Of a stretch of DNA of 64,000 nt, positions 1 through 9,700 are shown piece by piece. Source of the DNA: Acidobacteriota bacterium (GTDB lineage Bacteria; Acidobacteriota; Terriglobia; Bryobacterales; Bryobacteraceae). The position numbers and the translations under genes were made by a program. The stretch is from assembly GCA_048498815.1 (NCBI GenBank), contig JBEHXG010000002.1, forward strand, positions 134,350-198,349, read 5' to 3'. Numbering within the stretch: the first letter of the stretch is position 1; each line of letters begins with the position of its first letter. The notes beneath the pieces were generated by a model. The model was not told the DNA's origin. It saw only the letters and a program-made list of their open reading frames with translations, and did not search any database.

Positions 1-1169
1 ACTTTACGGCCGCTCTGGAAGACTGGCCAGGCTCTTCCGGGACCGACTCGTTCTATGGCGCAACAGTGAACTCCGCCAATGCAAACGGAGATGCGATCGT
101 ACACCAGCGCGTGAATCTGTCCGGGGCTCCTTCGTTCGACTATGGTGTCGCGGATCAGATCAACGTAAACTCCGATGGAACGACGGGCGTTGGACTTGAT
201 GACTACCAGTATGTCTACGGCGCGGCGGGACAGGCATTCGTCGCCGTCGGCACAAGCGGCGATTATGCACTCATGATCGGTACGCATGCGCCGAACTTCA
301 CCGGATCGGGTGTGTTCCTGAATCCGGTCGGCGTAAGCAACGCGGCGAGCTTCCAGCCTGTTACTGCAAGCATCGCTCCCGGGGAATTGCTCGTACTTTA
401 CGGATCAGGCCTGGCATCCGGTACGATCGTTACTCCCGGCGCCGCAGGATTTCCCACAACACTGGGTGGCGTTTCAGTGACGTTCAATGGTACGGCTGCC
501 GCGATCTATTACGTGTCGCCGACACAGATGTCGGTGATCGTGCCCTACGGTCTTGCGGCCAATCAGACTGGCCTTGCGAACATTCAGGTGAACAATAACG
601 GTCAGCTTTCGAATGTGGTGCAGGTGTACCTGACTGATGCTGCTCCCGGTTCGTTCTCGCAGGGCGCCAATGGCATCGGCCTCGCCGCATCCCGTCACGC
701 GCTCACCGGTCAGCTGATCACGACGGCAAATCCCGCACAAGCGAGCGAATTTATTTCGCTCTACCTGACGGGTCTCGGTCCAGTGACTCCGCCGATTGCG
801 GATGGTGCGGTGGGACCGTCTTCCACCTTGAGCTGGGCTGACGTTTATAACGCAGGCAATCTGTCGGTCTCTTTCTTTGGAACCGACGGGACTACCGCGA
901 CCGGAACGATCCAGTATGCAGGTCTTACCCCGACGCTCGGCGGCCTTTATCAGATCAACGTGCAGATGCCTTCAACCGGGCTTACATTGGGGCAGAACGT
1001 CTTCGTTCAGATCTCGACCGATGCCGCTGTAATCGATCAGATTCAGGTTCCGTTCGGCAACAGAACCGGTTCGATCGTGAACGCCGGCCCGGGAGCCATG
1101 TTGTCCCGGGCTCATGGAATGCAGGCTCGGCGCGCGAAAGCTCAGGCTGCTTCAGATCCTCTGAATTAG
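1..1169 (+). CDS. 5'-truncated secreted protein ending in doubled TIGR03437 (Soli_cterm)-type domains; paralog of 17018..19027 and 19068..21080
   Basis: The reading frame is open from the window edge: FTAALEDWPGSSGTDSFYGATV precedes the listed GTG at 66. DSFYGATVNS..IVHQRV aligns with DSYYGTFNLTGSAVVGHERL and DSYYGAFNAY..ILGHERF in the downstream paralogs. Motif blocks APGELLVLYGSGL, FPTTLGGVSVTFNG.AAAIYYVSPTQMSVIVPY and GLTPTLGGLYQINVQMP are present. Confidence 0.7.
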   Translation, partial: FTAALEDWPGSSGTDSFYGATVNSANANGDAIVHQRVNLSGAPSFDYGVADQINVNSDGTTGVGLDDYQYVYGAAGQAFVAVGTSGDYALMIGTHAPNFTGSGVFLNPVGVSNAASFQPVTASIAPGELLVLYGSGLASGTIVTPGAAGFPTTLGGVSVTFNGTAAAIYYVSPTQMSVIVPYGLAANQTGLANIQVNNNGQLSNVVQVYLTDAAPGSFSQGANGIGLAASRHALTGQLITTANPAQASEFISLYLTGLGPVTPPIADGAVGPSSTLSWADVYNAGNLSVSFFGTDGTTATGTIQYAGLTPTLGGLYQINVQMPSTGLTLGQNVFVQISTDAAVIDQIQVPFGNRTGSIVNAGPGAMLSRAHGMQARRAKAQAASDPLN

Positions 1170-1190
1170 CCACATAAGGCAAGTAGGTCC

Positions 1191-1227
1191 GATACCGCCT
1201 GGAGGCTTTATGTCTCCAGGCGGTATC
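1191..1227. terminator. Perfect 14-bp inverted repeat between convergent genes (possible bidirectional terminator)
   Basis: GATACCGCCTGGAG (1191-1204), a 9-nt loop, then CTCCAGGCGGTATC (1214-1227). It lies 22 nt after the stop at 1169 and overlaps the last codons of the convergent permease gene. The T-tract is only weak (gcgTTTCTC). Confidence 0.5.
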
Positions 1228-2938
1228 GCGTTTCTCCGAGCCTGTACAACGGCCGCCACACGACGCGATTGATCGTGACTACGAAGGCCGCCATTACGAT
1301 TGTGGAGAGGAGCAGCAGCGGGAAGTTTCCGCTGTCGGTGGCCGAACTGATTTGCGCACCGAGCCCGTAAGCGGAAAGCACGTGGCCTTTGAGGTGGAAG
1401 TATTCAGCCACGATGCTGGCGTTCCACGCTCCTCCCGATGCTGTGACCAGTCCTGTGATCAGGTAGGGATAAATTCCAGGGAGGATGACGGTCGTCCAGC
1501 GTTGCACGCTGCCGAAGCGGAACACTTCTGCCGCTTCCCCCAAATCGGAAGGGATTGCAATCGCGCCGGCGATTACGTTGAAGAGAATGTACCACTGGGT
1601 TCCGATCAGCATCAGCAGGATGGAGCCAGCCTGGAGTCCGCCACCCATGCTGATCAACGCCAGCAGAATTACCGGAAACAGCGCGGTGGCGGGTACAGAC
1701 GCGGCAATCTGTGCGAGCGGCTGCGCGATCCGCGCGAGGCGCGGATGAAAGCCGATGGCGACCCCGGCGGGTATGGTCCACGCGGCTGCGAGTACAAGCG
1801 ATGCAGCGACGCGGAGCAGTGTCGCGACTGCAGCTTCTACAGTCATTAAAAGCTCCGATCCTTTCACTGAGCCGAGCGTTCTCAACCCCGACGAGATTCC
1901 GAACGCCACAACCGCAATGACTGCGGCGAGCGCGACGTATCCCGTAATCGTACGCAGAAACGATTTCCGCGAGCTGTCTTCCCGCTCAACAGGATTTGGA
2001 CCGTCGTTTCGATAGAGTTTTTCCGTCAGGGGCGCCGCGAGCGAATGGCGGATGCGGGTCAACAGAGCGGAGCCCCGGAGCAGGTTCAGCATCCACGATT
2101 GTCCGGCCGCGGAGCTTTCCACCTGCTCAACTTTGAACTTGTCCGACCATGCGATAGCAGGCCGCCAGACACATTGATCCAGAAGAACGATTACCGCGAT
2201 CATGGCGACGAGCCCCCAGATGATCGCGCCCGTATCGCCCGCGCTCGCGGCCGACTGGAGAAATGAACCGAGGCCAGGCAGGCGGAAATCGCGATTGCCG
2301 AGTACAAACATTTCGCACGCCATCAGAAAGAACCATCCACCGGCGACCGACATCATCGAATTCCACACAAGCCCGATGGCGCCGTAAGGTAACTCCAGTT
2401 GCAGGAACGTCTGCAGGCGGCTGAAGCCATAGATACGCGAGGCTTCACGGAGTTCGCGCGGAATGGCCTGGAGGCTGGCGTAAAAGCTGAACGCCATGTT
2501 CCAGACCTGGCCGGTAAAGATGAGAATAATGGAGCCGAACTCGACACCCATCTGCCGCGTGGGAAATAATGCAACCATCGCGAGCATCACGCCCGGCAAA
2601 AAGCTGAGAACCGGAATTGACTGCAGGATATCCAGGATGGCGAGCATCACGGCGCGCCAGCGCCGACTGCGTGAGGCAGCGTATCCGTAGCCGATCGCAA
2701 AGCCCAGGCTGAGCAGATACGCCGCGCCCATGCGCACCAGGGAGTAAAACGCGTAAACCGGCAGGGCTCGTGGCGAACGTGAGATTTCCGCCGCGGGGAC
2801 AGCCGCGCCCATCCAGTAGCGCCCTATAGCGAAGACGGAAAACACCAAGGCAATGATCGACGCGAATACTACGACATCAATAATGAATGGCCTGCTTCGA
2901 TGGTGGAACTGTGAGTGCGCGAGCGCCTGCATCTTCAT
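1208..2938 (-). CDS. ABC transporter permease, duplicated (two fused transmembrane domains), NitT/TauT-like anion type
   Basis: A 576-aa polytopic protein with two EAA-loop motifs (EASRIYGFSRLQTFLQLELP and EAAEVFRFGSVQRWTTVILP). It lies 8 nt downstream of the ATPase gene on the same strand. Confidence 0.8.
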   Translation of the reverse strand: MKMQALAHSQFHHRSRPFIIDVVVFASIIALVFSVFAIGRYWMGAAVPAAEISRSPRALPVYAFYSLVRMGAAYLLSLGFAIGYGYAASRSRRWRAVMLAILDILQSIPVLSFLPGVMLAMVALFPTRQMGVEFGSIILIFTGQVWNMAFSFYASLQAIPRELREASRIYGFSRLQTFLQLELPYGAIGLVWNSMMSVAGGWFFLMACEMFVLGNRDFRLPGLGSFLQSAASAGDTGAIIWGLVAMIAVIVLLDQCVWRPAIAWSDKFKVEQVESSAAGQSWMLNLLRGSALLTRIRHSLAAPLTEKLYRNDGPNPVEREDSSRKSFLRTITGYVALAAVIAVVAFGISSGLRTLGSVKGSELLMTVEAAVATLLRVAASLVLAAAWTIPAGVAIGFHPRLARIAQPLAQIAASVPATALFPVILLALISMGGGLQAGSILLMLIGTQWYILFNVIAGAIAIPSDLGEAAEVFRFGSVQRWTTVILPGIYPYLITGLVTASGGAWNASIVAEYFHLKGHVLSAYGLGAQISSATDSGNFPLLLLSTIVMAAFVVTINRVVWRPLYRLGETRYRLET

Positions 2939-2946
2939 GAGCGCCT

Positions 2947-4305
2947 CTACGACTCCGGATTCAGTGCCTGCGGTTCTTCCGGAGTAAAGAAGTACTTACC
3001 GGCCGAGTCGTGATCGAAGAGTTCGGCGTAGCGGCCCCAGACGATGGCCGTCTCCAGCTGGAGAAGCGTCTCGCTTTCCGTGAAGTGCTCGTCGAGCAGG
3101 TCATGGAAGAACTCATCCGAGAGCCGATGATTGGGTTTGCGTTCGAGCGATCGCACGATTTGTTTGATCAGTGACACGCGCTCGGTCGCGGCGTCGCGAA
3201 TGAGCTGCTTGCGTTCCAGAATGTCGGCATCGGCGAAGGCACGGCCTTCGGGCGTGATTTCCACGTCGCCTTCAGAAATGGTGACGTAGCCCAGCAGGGC
3301 GGCGGCTTCCACGGTGGGCAGCAGGTCATCGATTTCGAAGGCCAGTTCGTCGGCGAGTTTATAAATATCGTCGCGACCAGCGGTAGCGGCAAGGATCTCG
3401 AGCAAGCCCGCGACTCCGCCGGGACGCGCGTGCGGCAGCATCTGATACTTCACGGTGGCAGCAGCGTGCAGGGTCTCAGGCTCCGGTACGGCATCGGGTC
3501 TGGTGAGCACCTTGTAGACGTAATCGACAATCTGCTCGAAGATGGGATGCTTGCGGTCGCGCGGGCGCGGCAGGTCCACGCGGAAATCGGTGCGGATACG
3601 GCCGGGGTTCTTGCCGAGAACGATGATGCGGTCGGCGAGCAGCACCGCTTCTTCGATGTTGTGCGTCACGATAAAGACGGCCTTCGTCGGGAGAATGTCA
3701 CTGCTCCAGAGATCGAGCAGTTCGCCGCGAAGATTCTCGGCGGTGAGAACATCGAGCGCGGAGAAGGGTTCATCCATGAAAAGAACTTCCGGTTCGACGA
3801 CGAGAGCGCGGGCGAATCCGACGCGTTGTTTCATGCCGCCTGAAAGCTCCTTGGGGTAGGCGGATTCAAAGCCATCGAGGCCGACCGTGTCGAGGATTTT
3901 GACGCCGCGTCTGCGGCGCTCAGCGGGGGTAACGCCACGTGCTTTGAGCGGCGCCTCTACGTTTTCGAGCACCGTCAGCCACGGGAAGAGCGCAAAACTC
4001 TGGAAGACGATGGACACGTTTTCACACGGACCGGATACGGGCCTGCCGTGCCAGAGGACTTCACCGGCGGACGGCGCGGAGAGTCCGGTGAGCATGCGGA
4101 GAAGTGTGGATTTTCCAGAGCCCGATGGTCCCAGAACTGCCAGAATTTCGCCGGGATACACGGCAAGGTCAGTGGGCGCGATGACCTGAATTCTGGTTTC
4201 GCCGTCCTGAGAGTAGTACTTTTCGATTTGCCGCCCTGCGATTAGTGGCTCTGGCACGATGGGTTCGGAGTGTGAAAAGCCCATCTTCGCATGGGGACGC
4301 GGCAT
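2947..4305 (-). CDS. ABC transporter ATP-binding protein (nitrate/sulfonate/bicarbonate family) with a C-terminal AAA-associated-like extension
   Basis: Walker A GPSGSGKST, signature LSGGMKQRVGFAR, Walker B LFMDEPFSALD and H-loop VTHN are present. A further ~190 aa at the C-terminus (GLLEILA..GRDDIYKLADELAFEIDDLLPTVEAAALLGY) extends beyond the ATPase core. Confidence 0.85.
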   Translation of the reverse strand: MPRPHAKMGFSHSEPIVPEPLIAGRQIEKYYSQDGETRIQVIAPTDLAVYPGEILAVLGPSGSGKSTLLRMLTGLSAPSAGEVLWHGRPVSGPCENVSIVFQSFALFPWLTVLENVEAPLKARGVTPAERRRRGVKILDTVGLDGFESAYPKELSGGMKQRVGFARALVVEPEVLFMDEPFSALDVLTAENLRGELLDLWSSDILPTKAVFIVTHNIEEAVLLADRIIVLGKNPGRIRTDFRVDLPRPRDRKHPIFEQIVDYVYKVLTRPDAVPEPETLHAAATVKYQMLPHARPGGVAGLLEILAATAGRDDIYKLADELAFEIDDLLPTVEAAALLGYVTISEGDVEITPEGRAFADADILERKQLIRDAATERVSLIKQIVRSLERKPNHRLSDEFFHDLLDEHFTESETLLQLETAIVWGRYAELFDHDSAGKYFFTPEEPQALNPES

Positions 4306-4529
4306 TTTCGGTTACATTCGGGTTCGCTTTTGATCTCTTGGGGAACTCGCCGGAGATCTGGCTGTGCATCGAGTCAGCGGATTCGACGACGCAAGATAAG
4401 GATCGGTAGATTTCCTGCCTCACTGTCTGGCGGCTGAATTCGGAGACGGAATGCGGGCTACGAACGGCGCCACACTGCCATGGACTTTGCAACCGAAGCG
4501 GAGTTGACTGACCTTGTTCCGCGCAGCCT

Positions 4530-5057
4530 TTAGCGGTCCACGTATCTGGTAAATACGTAGCCCGCATCCTTTCGTGCCACATGGCACTGGTGGCAGCTCT
4601 GCCGGGCCTTTTCATCCAGGGTGTTCGTTTTGCTGCCTTCGTCGAAGCTGCCGTATCCCCAGCCATCGGTGCCCGCGTAGCGCTTCCTGTCGCGCACCAT
4701 GACGGCGGTCATCACACGACGCGCTTCGGCTCCGCTGCCTTTTTCGCCGATAGCGAATTCGAGTAGTTCTTCCGCGATGATGGCGCCATCGGGATAGTTC
4801 CCGGTGTGCAGTCCCTTCATAGCAAGGTCATTCGCATAGAAATAGAACATCCCGTTCGTACAGGGCTTCGCGCACGGTGATTTTGCGAAGCCGGCGGCTG
4901 AAGCCGGGACCAGGGAACCGTGGAGGAAGTTCCAGCTTCTGTAGCCCTCAGGATAGGGCACGCCTGATTCCTCGGCTCTGACCGAGGGCGTGTGGACTGC
5001 AGTAAAGGCCAGCGCGGTAATGAGCGCGAGCACCGCAACGAAGGCTCCTGATCGCAT
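4530..5057 (-). CDS. Cytochrome P460 family protein, secreted
   Basis: N-terminal signal peptide (MRSGAFVAVLALITALAFTAVHTPSVRA). Family-like blocks YPEGYRSW, YANDLA, YPDGAIIAEE, VMVRD..GWGY are present, with a single C-terminal heme motif CHQCH followed by GYVFTRY. Confidence 0.75.
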   Translation of the reverse strand: MRSGAFVAVLALITALAFTAVHTPSVRAEESGVPYPEGYRSWNFLHGSLVPASAAGFAKSPCAKPCTNGMFYFYANDLAMKGLHTGNYPDGAIIAEELLEFAIGEKGSGAEARRVMTAVMVRDRKRYAGTDGWGYGSFDEGSKTNTLDEKARQSCHQCHVARKDAGYVFTRYVDR

Positions 5058-5174
5058 GCGTTGATAGTAGCGGGAAATGGTACATCACGGAAGGTCCATT
5101 TTGGATTTCTTGGCTGTACCATTTAAACAGGGTGAACCGGTCTGCCTAAAGTCATAGCAACTCCGGACCTGCCG

Positions 5175-6602
5175 TTGCGGGTCAATGCCGAAGGACGCTC
5201 GCTGGCCGACTGGCTGTATGACGAACTGCGAGCGGCGATTCTTGAAGGTCGTCTTGCGCCGGGTGCGCGGCTCCCCGCGACCAGAGATTTCGCCCGGCAG
5301 CACGGCGTTTCACGAGGCACGGTGGTGCCGGTGTTCGAGCGTCTGCAATCGGAAGGCTATCTATGCAGCCGGGTCGGGGCGGGAACATGGGTCGGCGATC
5401 AGGTCGCTCCAAGGCAGCCGTCGGTGATACCGGACACCATGGCGCCGCTGTACATGCGTCGCACGATTGAAGCATATCGGCGGCCGAAGGCGTTTGGCGG
5501 CTTGTCGGCTTCGGGTCCGTCGCGGCCGTTCCGAATCGGCGATGCGGATATTTCCGAATTTCCATCGAAGTTGTGGGCAAGACTTGCTGCACAGCAGGCA
5601 CGCGGCAGCGGATCGTGGCCTCTGAAAGAAAACGATCTTAAAGGCTACAAACCACTACGCGAGGCGATTGCCAACTATCTGGGTTCATCGAGAGGGATCG
5701 CCTGTGCGGCGAACCAGATCGTAATTGTTTCCGGAGTTCAGCAGGCTCTCGATCTGCTGGCGCGTCTGCTGTTGAAGCGCGGAGATAAGGTGTGGCTCGA
5801 GGATCCGGGCTATTTTGGAGCTCGCATTGCGTTTGAAGGCGCGGGCGCGAAGGTCGTGCCGGTGCCTGTCGATGCGGAGGGAATTTGTGTTTCCGCGGGA
5901 TGCAGGGCCGGACGAAATGCCGCGGGGGCCTATGTAACGCCTGCCCATCAGTTTCCGCTGGGGGCTGCGATGTCCCTCGGCAGGCGGATGGAGCTATTGC
6001 AGTGGGCGACGGATTCCGGGGCGTTCGTCATTGAAGACGATTACGACAGTGAGTTTCGATTTCAAGGGCGTCCGATTCCGGCGCTCATGAGTCTCGACCA
6101 GCGTTCGAGCGTGATTCTGGTGAGTTCGTTTTCGAAAATGCTGTTTCCTTCGCTGCGAATTGGATTCATTGCTGCCCCCGCACCGCTGGCGGATTATCTG
6201 GCTGGCTTTCGGGCTCGAACGGAATTCCGTCCTGTTCATTTCGAACAGGCGGTGCTGGCCGACTTCATCGAGCGAGGTCACCTGGGCCGGCATGTCCGGC
6301 GAATGCAGAATCTCTATTCGTGCCGGCATGATGCACTGATCGACGCAGCGCGGAAATACGTGGGCGGAACTCTGGAGATTCGAAGCGTTCACTGCGGGTT
6401 GTACACAACGGCGTTTTTGAAAAACGGGATGAGTTCTGGTGAAGCAGAGTCGGCGGCGAATCTGGCAGGAGTAGAGGCGTTGTCACTGGACCGGTGTACG
6501 GTGTCTGCGCCGGACCCGAGGGGGTTGCTGTTGGGATTTGCCGCGTTCCGCGAGGCGGCGATTTACGAGGCTATGCGAAAGCTGGCGCGGGCGTTGCCGT
6601 AG
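5175..6602 (+). CDS. MocR/PdxR-type regulator (GntR wHTH fused to a PLP-dependent aminotransferase-like domain)
   Basis: N-terminal wHTH LPATRDFARQHGVSRGTVVPVFERLQSEGYLCSRVGAGTWV. Aminotransferase fold-type I blocks are present, including the PLP-lysine context SSFSKMLFPSLRIGF. The start is TTG and the gene is divergent from the P460 gene. Confidence 0.85.
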   Translation: MRVNAEGRSLADWLYDELRAAILEGRLAPGARLPATRDFARQHGVSRGTVVPVFERLQSEGYLCSRVGAGTWVGDQVAPRQPSVIPDTMAPLYMRRTIEAYRRPKAFGGLSASGPSRPFRIGDADISEFPSKLWARLAAQQARGSGSWPLKENDLKGYKPLREAIANYLGSSRGIACAANQIVIVSGVQQALDLLARLLLKRGDKVWLEDPGYFGARIAFEGAGAKVVPVPVDAEGICVSAGCRAGRNAAGAYVTPAHQFPLGAAMSLGRRMELLQWATDSGAFVIEDDYDSEFRFQGRPIPALMSLDQRSSVILVSSFSKMLFPSLRIGFIAAPAPLADYLAGFRARTEFRPVHFEQAVLADFIERGHLGRHVRRMQNLYSCRHDALIDAARKYVGGTLEIRSVHCGLYTTAFLKNGMSSGEAESAANLAGVEALSLDRCTVSAPDPRGLLLGFAAFREAAIYEAMRKLARALP

Positions 6603-6700
6603 GCAGGACCAACTCCCGGAGCGAGTTTGATGGGGGTGAATTCGCGTGCCCGTTCCAGGCGCGACGAACCAACTGAATCCGCGCGTCCGGCCTACCGATG

Positions 6701-9700
6701 CTATTCCACGTAAAAGCCTTCGCGGGCCCGGACCTGAAGGGTGCTCCCTCCGCTGAGAACGACTTTGATAGTGCGCCATTCATGGCTGTCGCCTGGCGAA
6801 GGCTGAAATGCCAGGAGGTAGCCGTGCATGAGCTCCTGCGAGACCTTTTCGAAGACGGGCGCAATATCGCCCAGCTTGTGAATCAGAAACTGGCTCCCGC
6901 CGGTCGCCTTTGACATCCTGGCCAATTCGCCAACCACCTGCGGCTCAGTGATCGCATCGCCTTCGGCAATGGTGTAGATCGGAATGCCGTTGGCTTTGGC
7001 GCGCTCGATCGATAGGGCGGAGGTAAGCATGCTCGCATTGTCGCTTCCATCGGTGAAGACGATGATGAATTTCTTGCCGCCGCGCGTAGAGAGATCGCGA
7101 TTGACTCGGACAAGGGCATCATGCAGAGCCGTGGTGCCCGCGGCGTGGGTCTGCGCAATCGCGCGGCGCGCGGCTTCTTTATCGGTCGTGAGGGGCTGAT
7201 TCTCGTTAACCGAATCGCTGAAGGTGTAAACGGCGACGGAATCGGTTGGACGCAGATCGTCCACAAGCTGCAGCGCCGCCGCCTTCAGTAGCGGCAGAGT
7301 ATTGGTCATGCTTCCTGTGGTGTCGAAAAGCAGTGCGACCGATATCGGCGCGTTGCGATTTTCGAACGCAAAAACGGGCTTTGCGGCGCCCTGTTCCTGA
7401 ACACTGAATTGCGCGCCCGTAAGGTCGTCAACGTATCGTCCCCGCCAGTCAGTGACGGTGGCGGTAACTTCCACGATGCGTCCACCCGCTTTGAAAACGA
7501 CATCGGCGGGCGGTGGCGCTTCGGAGATGCCGGTGGTGGTTGCCGCTTCCGAGAACGGTTCGTTAAGGGAGGCGACTTCGGGCAGAAGCGGACCGACTAC
7601 CTGCTTGCGAAGGGCTTTGCTCACCGATCGAAAGTCTCCGAAGCCTCCGACGAAGTGAGAGCCGGGCGGCGTATTGGAGACGGCGAGACGTGAGGAGCCG
7701 AAGATCGTTTCCTGCGCATCAACCGGTATGAAGTTGTGTCGGGCGAGCAGCTGAGGATCTTCGGCGACAAGAAGATAGGAAGGATCGAGGAGAGCGGCGT
7801 ACACCGAGCCGCTAAGAGCTGCGAGCGTTGCGGCATCGGTCGGGTTCTTTTCCAGAGAGGCGAACGACGGCACGCTTTGCACATGTTTGATGGTTTCAAA
7901 CGCTTCCAGCCGCTGGCCTGAGAGACGCAGCAGCTGGTTCGCTAAAGCAGCGTCGAGATCCGCCGCACCACCAGCCATGGCACGCAGGATCTGAATTGCT
8001 CTGGCTGAGGCATCCGGTGCGCGCATCGCTTCGCACGCCTGGCGGAAATACTGCGCTGCCTGTTGATTTGAGACGGCGCCGGATTGCACGCCTAGCGAAG
8101 CCAACTCCACGAGCGAGTACCAGTCGCCCAGGAGCATGTCGCGACGTTCGGGAGCGGCTTTTTGGGCTTCGGCGGCGAAAGTTTCGAGCGCAGCAAAGTC
8201 CGGAGCATCGAGTGCCGGCAGTTTCTCGAACGAGGGAAACAGATTTCGCCACTCCGATTCATGGCGAATGAGCAGCCGCACGGCATCCGGGGTAAATGGA
8301 GCATGCCGCTTTTCCTGCAACCGGCTGATGGAAACCAGGACCGGGCCGGGTACGCGGCGCTGCATGATCTCGTCGGTCCCATCGCCGCGCGCTCCCCATG
8401 CTTCCGGCCCGCCGGGAAAACTCAGTTTTCCGGATGGCAGCAGAACGTTCTGCAGAATCGCCGCCTGCCAGCGATCTTCCGCGGGGGGAAGAGCTGTGGG
8501 AAGGATGGAGTCGCGATACCAGTTATAGAAGGACTGCGCGCGATCCGTAGTCTGAGTAATGTACTGGCGCCGCGGAAGGTCGGCATGGGCGACGTCGTAG
8601 TAAAACGCCATGAGACGGCCCTGATCTTTGTCGAAAAGGGCGCGCAGGAACTGAGCTGCGTTTTCCGGTTTGGTTCCGACGAGTTTGGTCCAGGCAGGCT
8701 CAGCGGCGGCGCCACCGGGGACCTGCACTTTCCTTGCGGTCAGCACGATGGAATCGCCGAATTCGGCGAGCAGCCGTGAGTCTTTGACGATGAGGTTGTT
8801 CAGGCCAGTGGCGGAGACGATGGCGCCCGCGGTTTCGGCGTCCATCCCGGCAAGCCCCAAATAGATTTTGGGAAAGCGCCGGTCGCGGGAGAAGACCTCG
8901 ATAGGTCCGCCTGGCATATCGGGCACGCCTTTGAGGAGAACTCCCCAGGCCGCGCCGCCGATCAGCCGTGCATTCTCACGGGGGATCGTGAAGCTGAAGT
9001 CGTGTTTCTGACGCACGGCCTGCCTCAGAGCAATTTCATCAACGCCAAGACAGGTAAGAGCCCATGCGCGGAGGCCATCATTGGCTACGTCGCCTGGTTC
9101 GAGGTCATACTGGTCGCCCTTTGAGATCAGCTTCCAGCCGGATTGCAGGAGAATGTCGCGAGCTTTGCGAACGGCGTCATCGGTCGTGAACGACAGGCGG
9201 ACCGTGGTTGTGTCGTCCTTGCGTTCGCCTAAGGATTCGAGCGCGGCAACAGTCGCGATGAAGATGCGAATATCGTCTGCTGCCTCAGCCGTGGGACCGC
9301 CTGCGACGATAGCTCGCGAGTAGTTGAGAAAGAAATCGTCGTAAGAGGGATCGTCTTTGAGCTGAGCGACGGCCGAAAAGGCTTTGATGCCACCCGGCAC
9401 CGGGGATTCGCCAGGCGCGGCGGCGCGGAGATCAAGGGTACTGAGTTCCGCGGAGAGATCGTCAATGGGGGACTTACCGAGATTGGCGAGGCGCTCGTTT
9501 ACAGTCGCGATGTCTTTGGCGCGCGGATGCTGGGCAATATAGTCGCGCAGACGCTGGCCAGCGCCTTCAAGATCGCCTTTAGCTTCGAGGATCAGCCCCT
9601 GAACGTATTGCGCTCGCGGCAGCTGATGCAGCTTATCGAGCCGTATGGCTTCCGTCACAGCAATCAGGGCGTTATCGAACTGACGCTGCTGATAGAGAGC

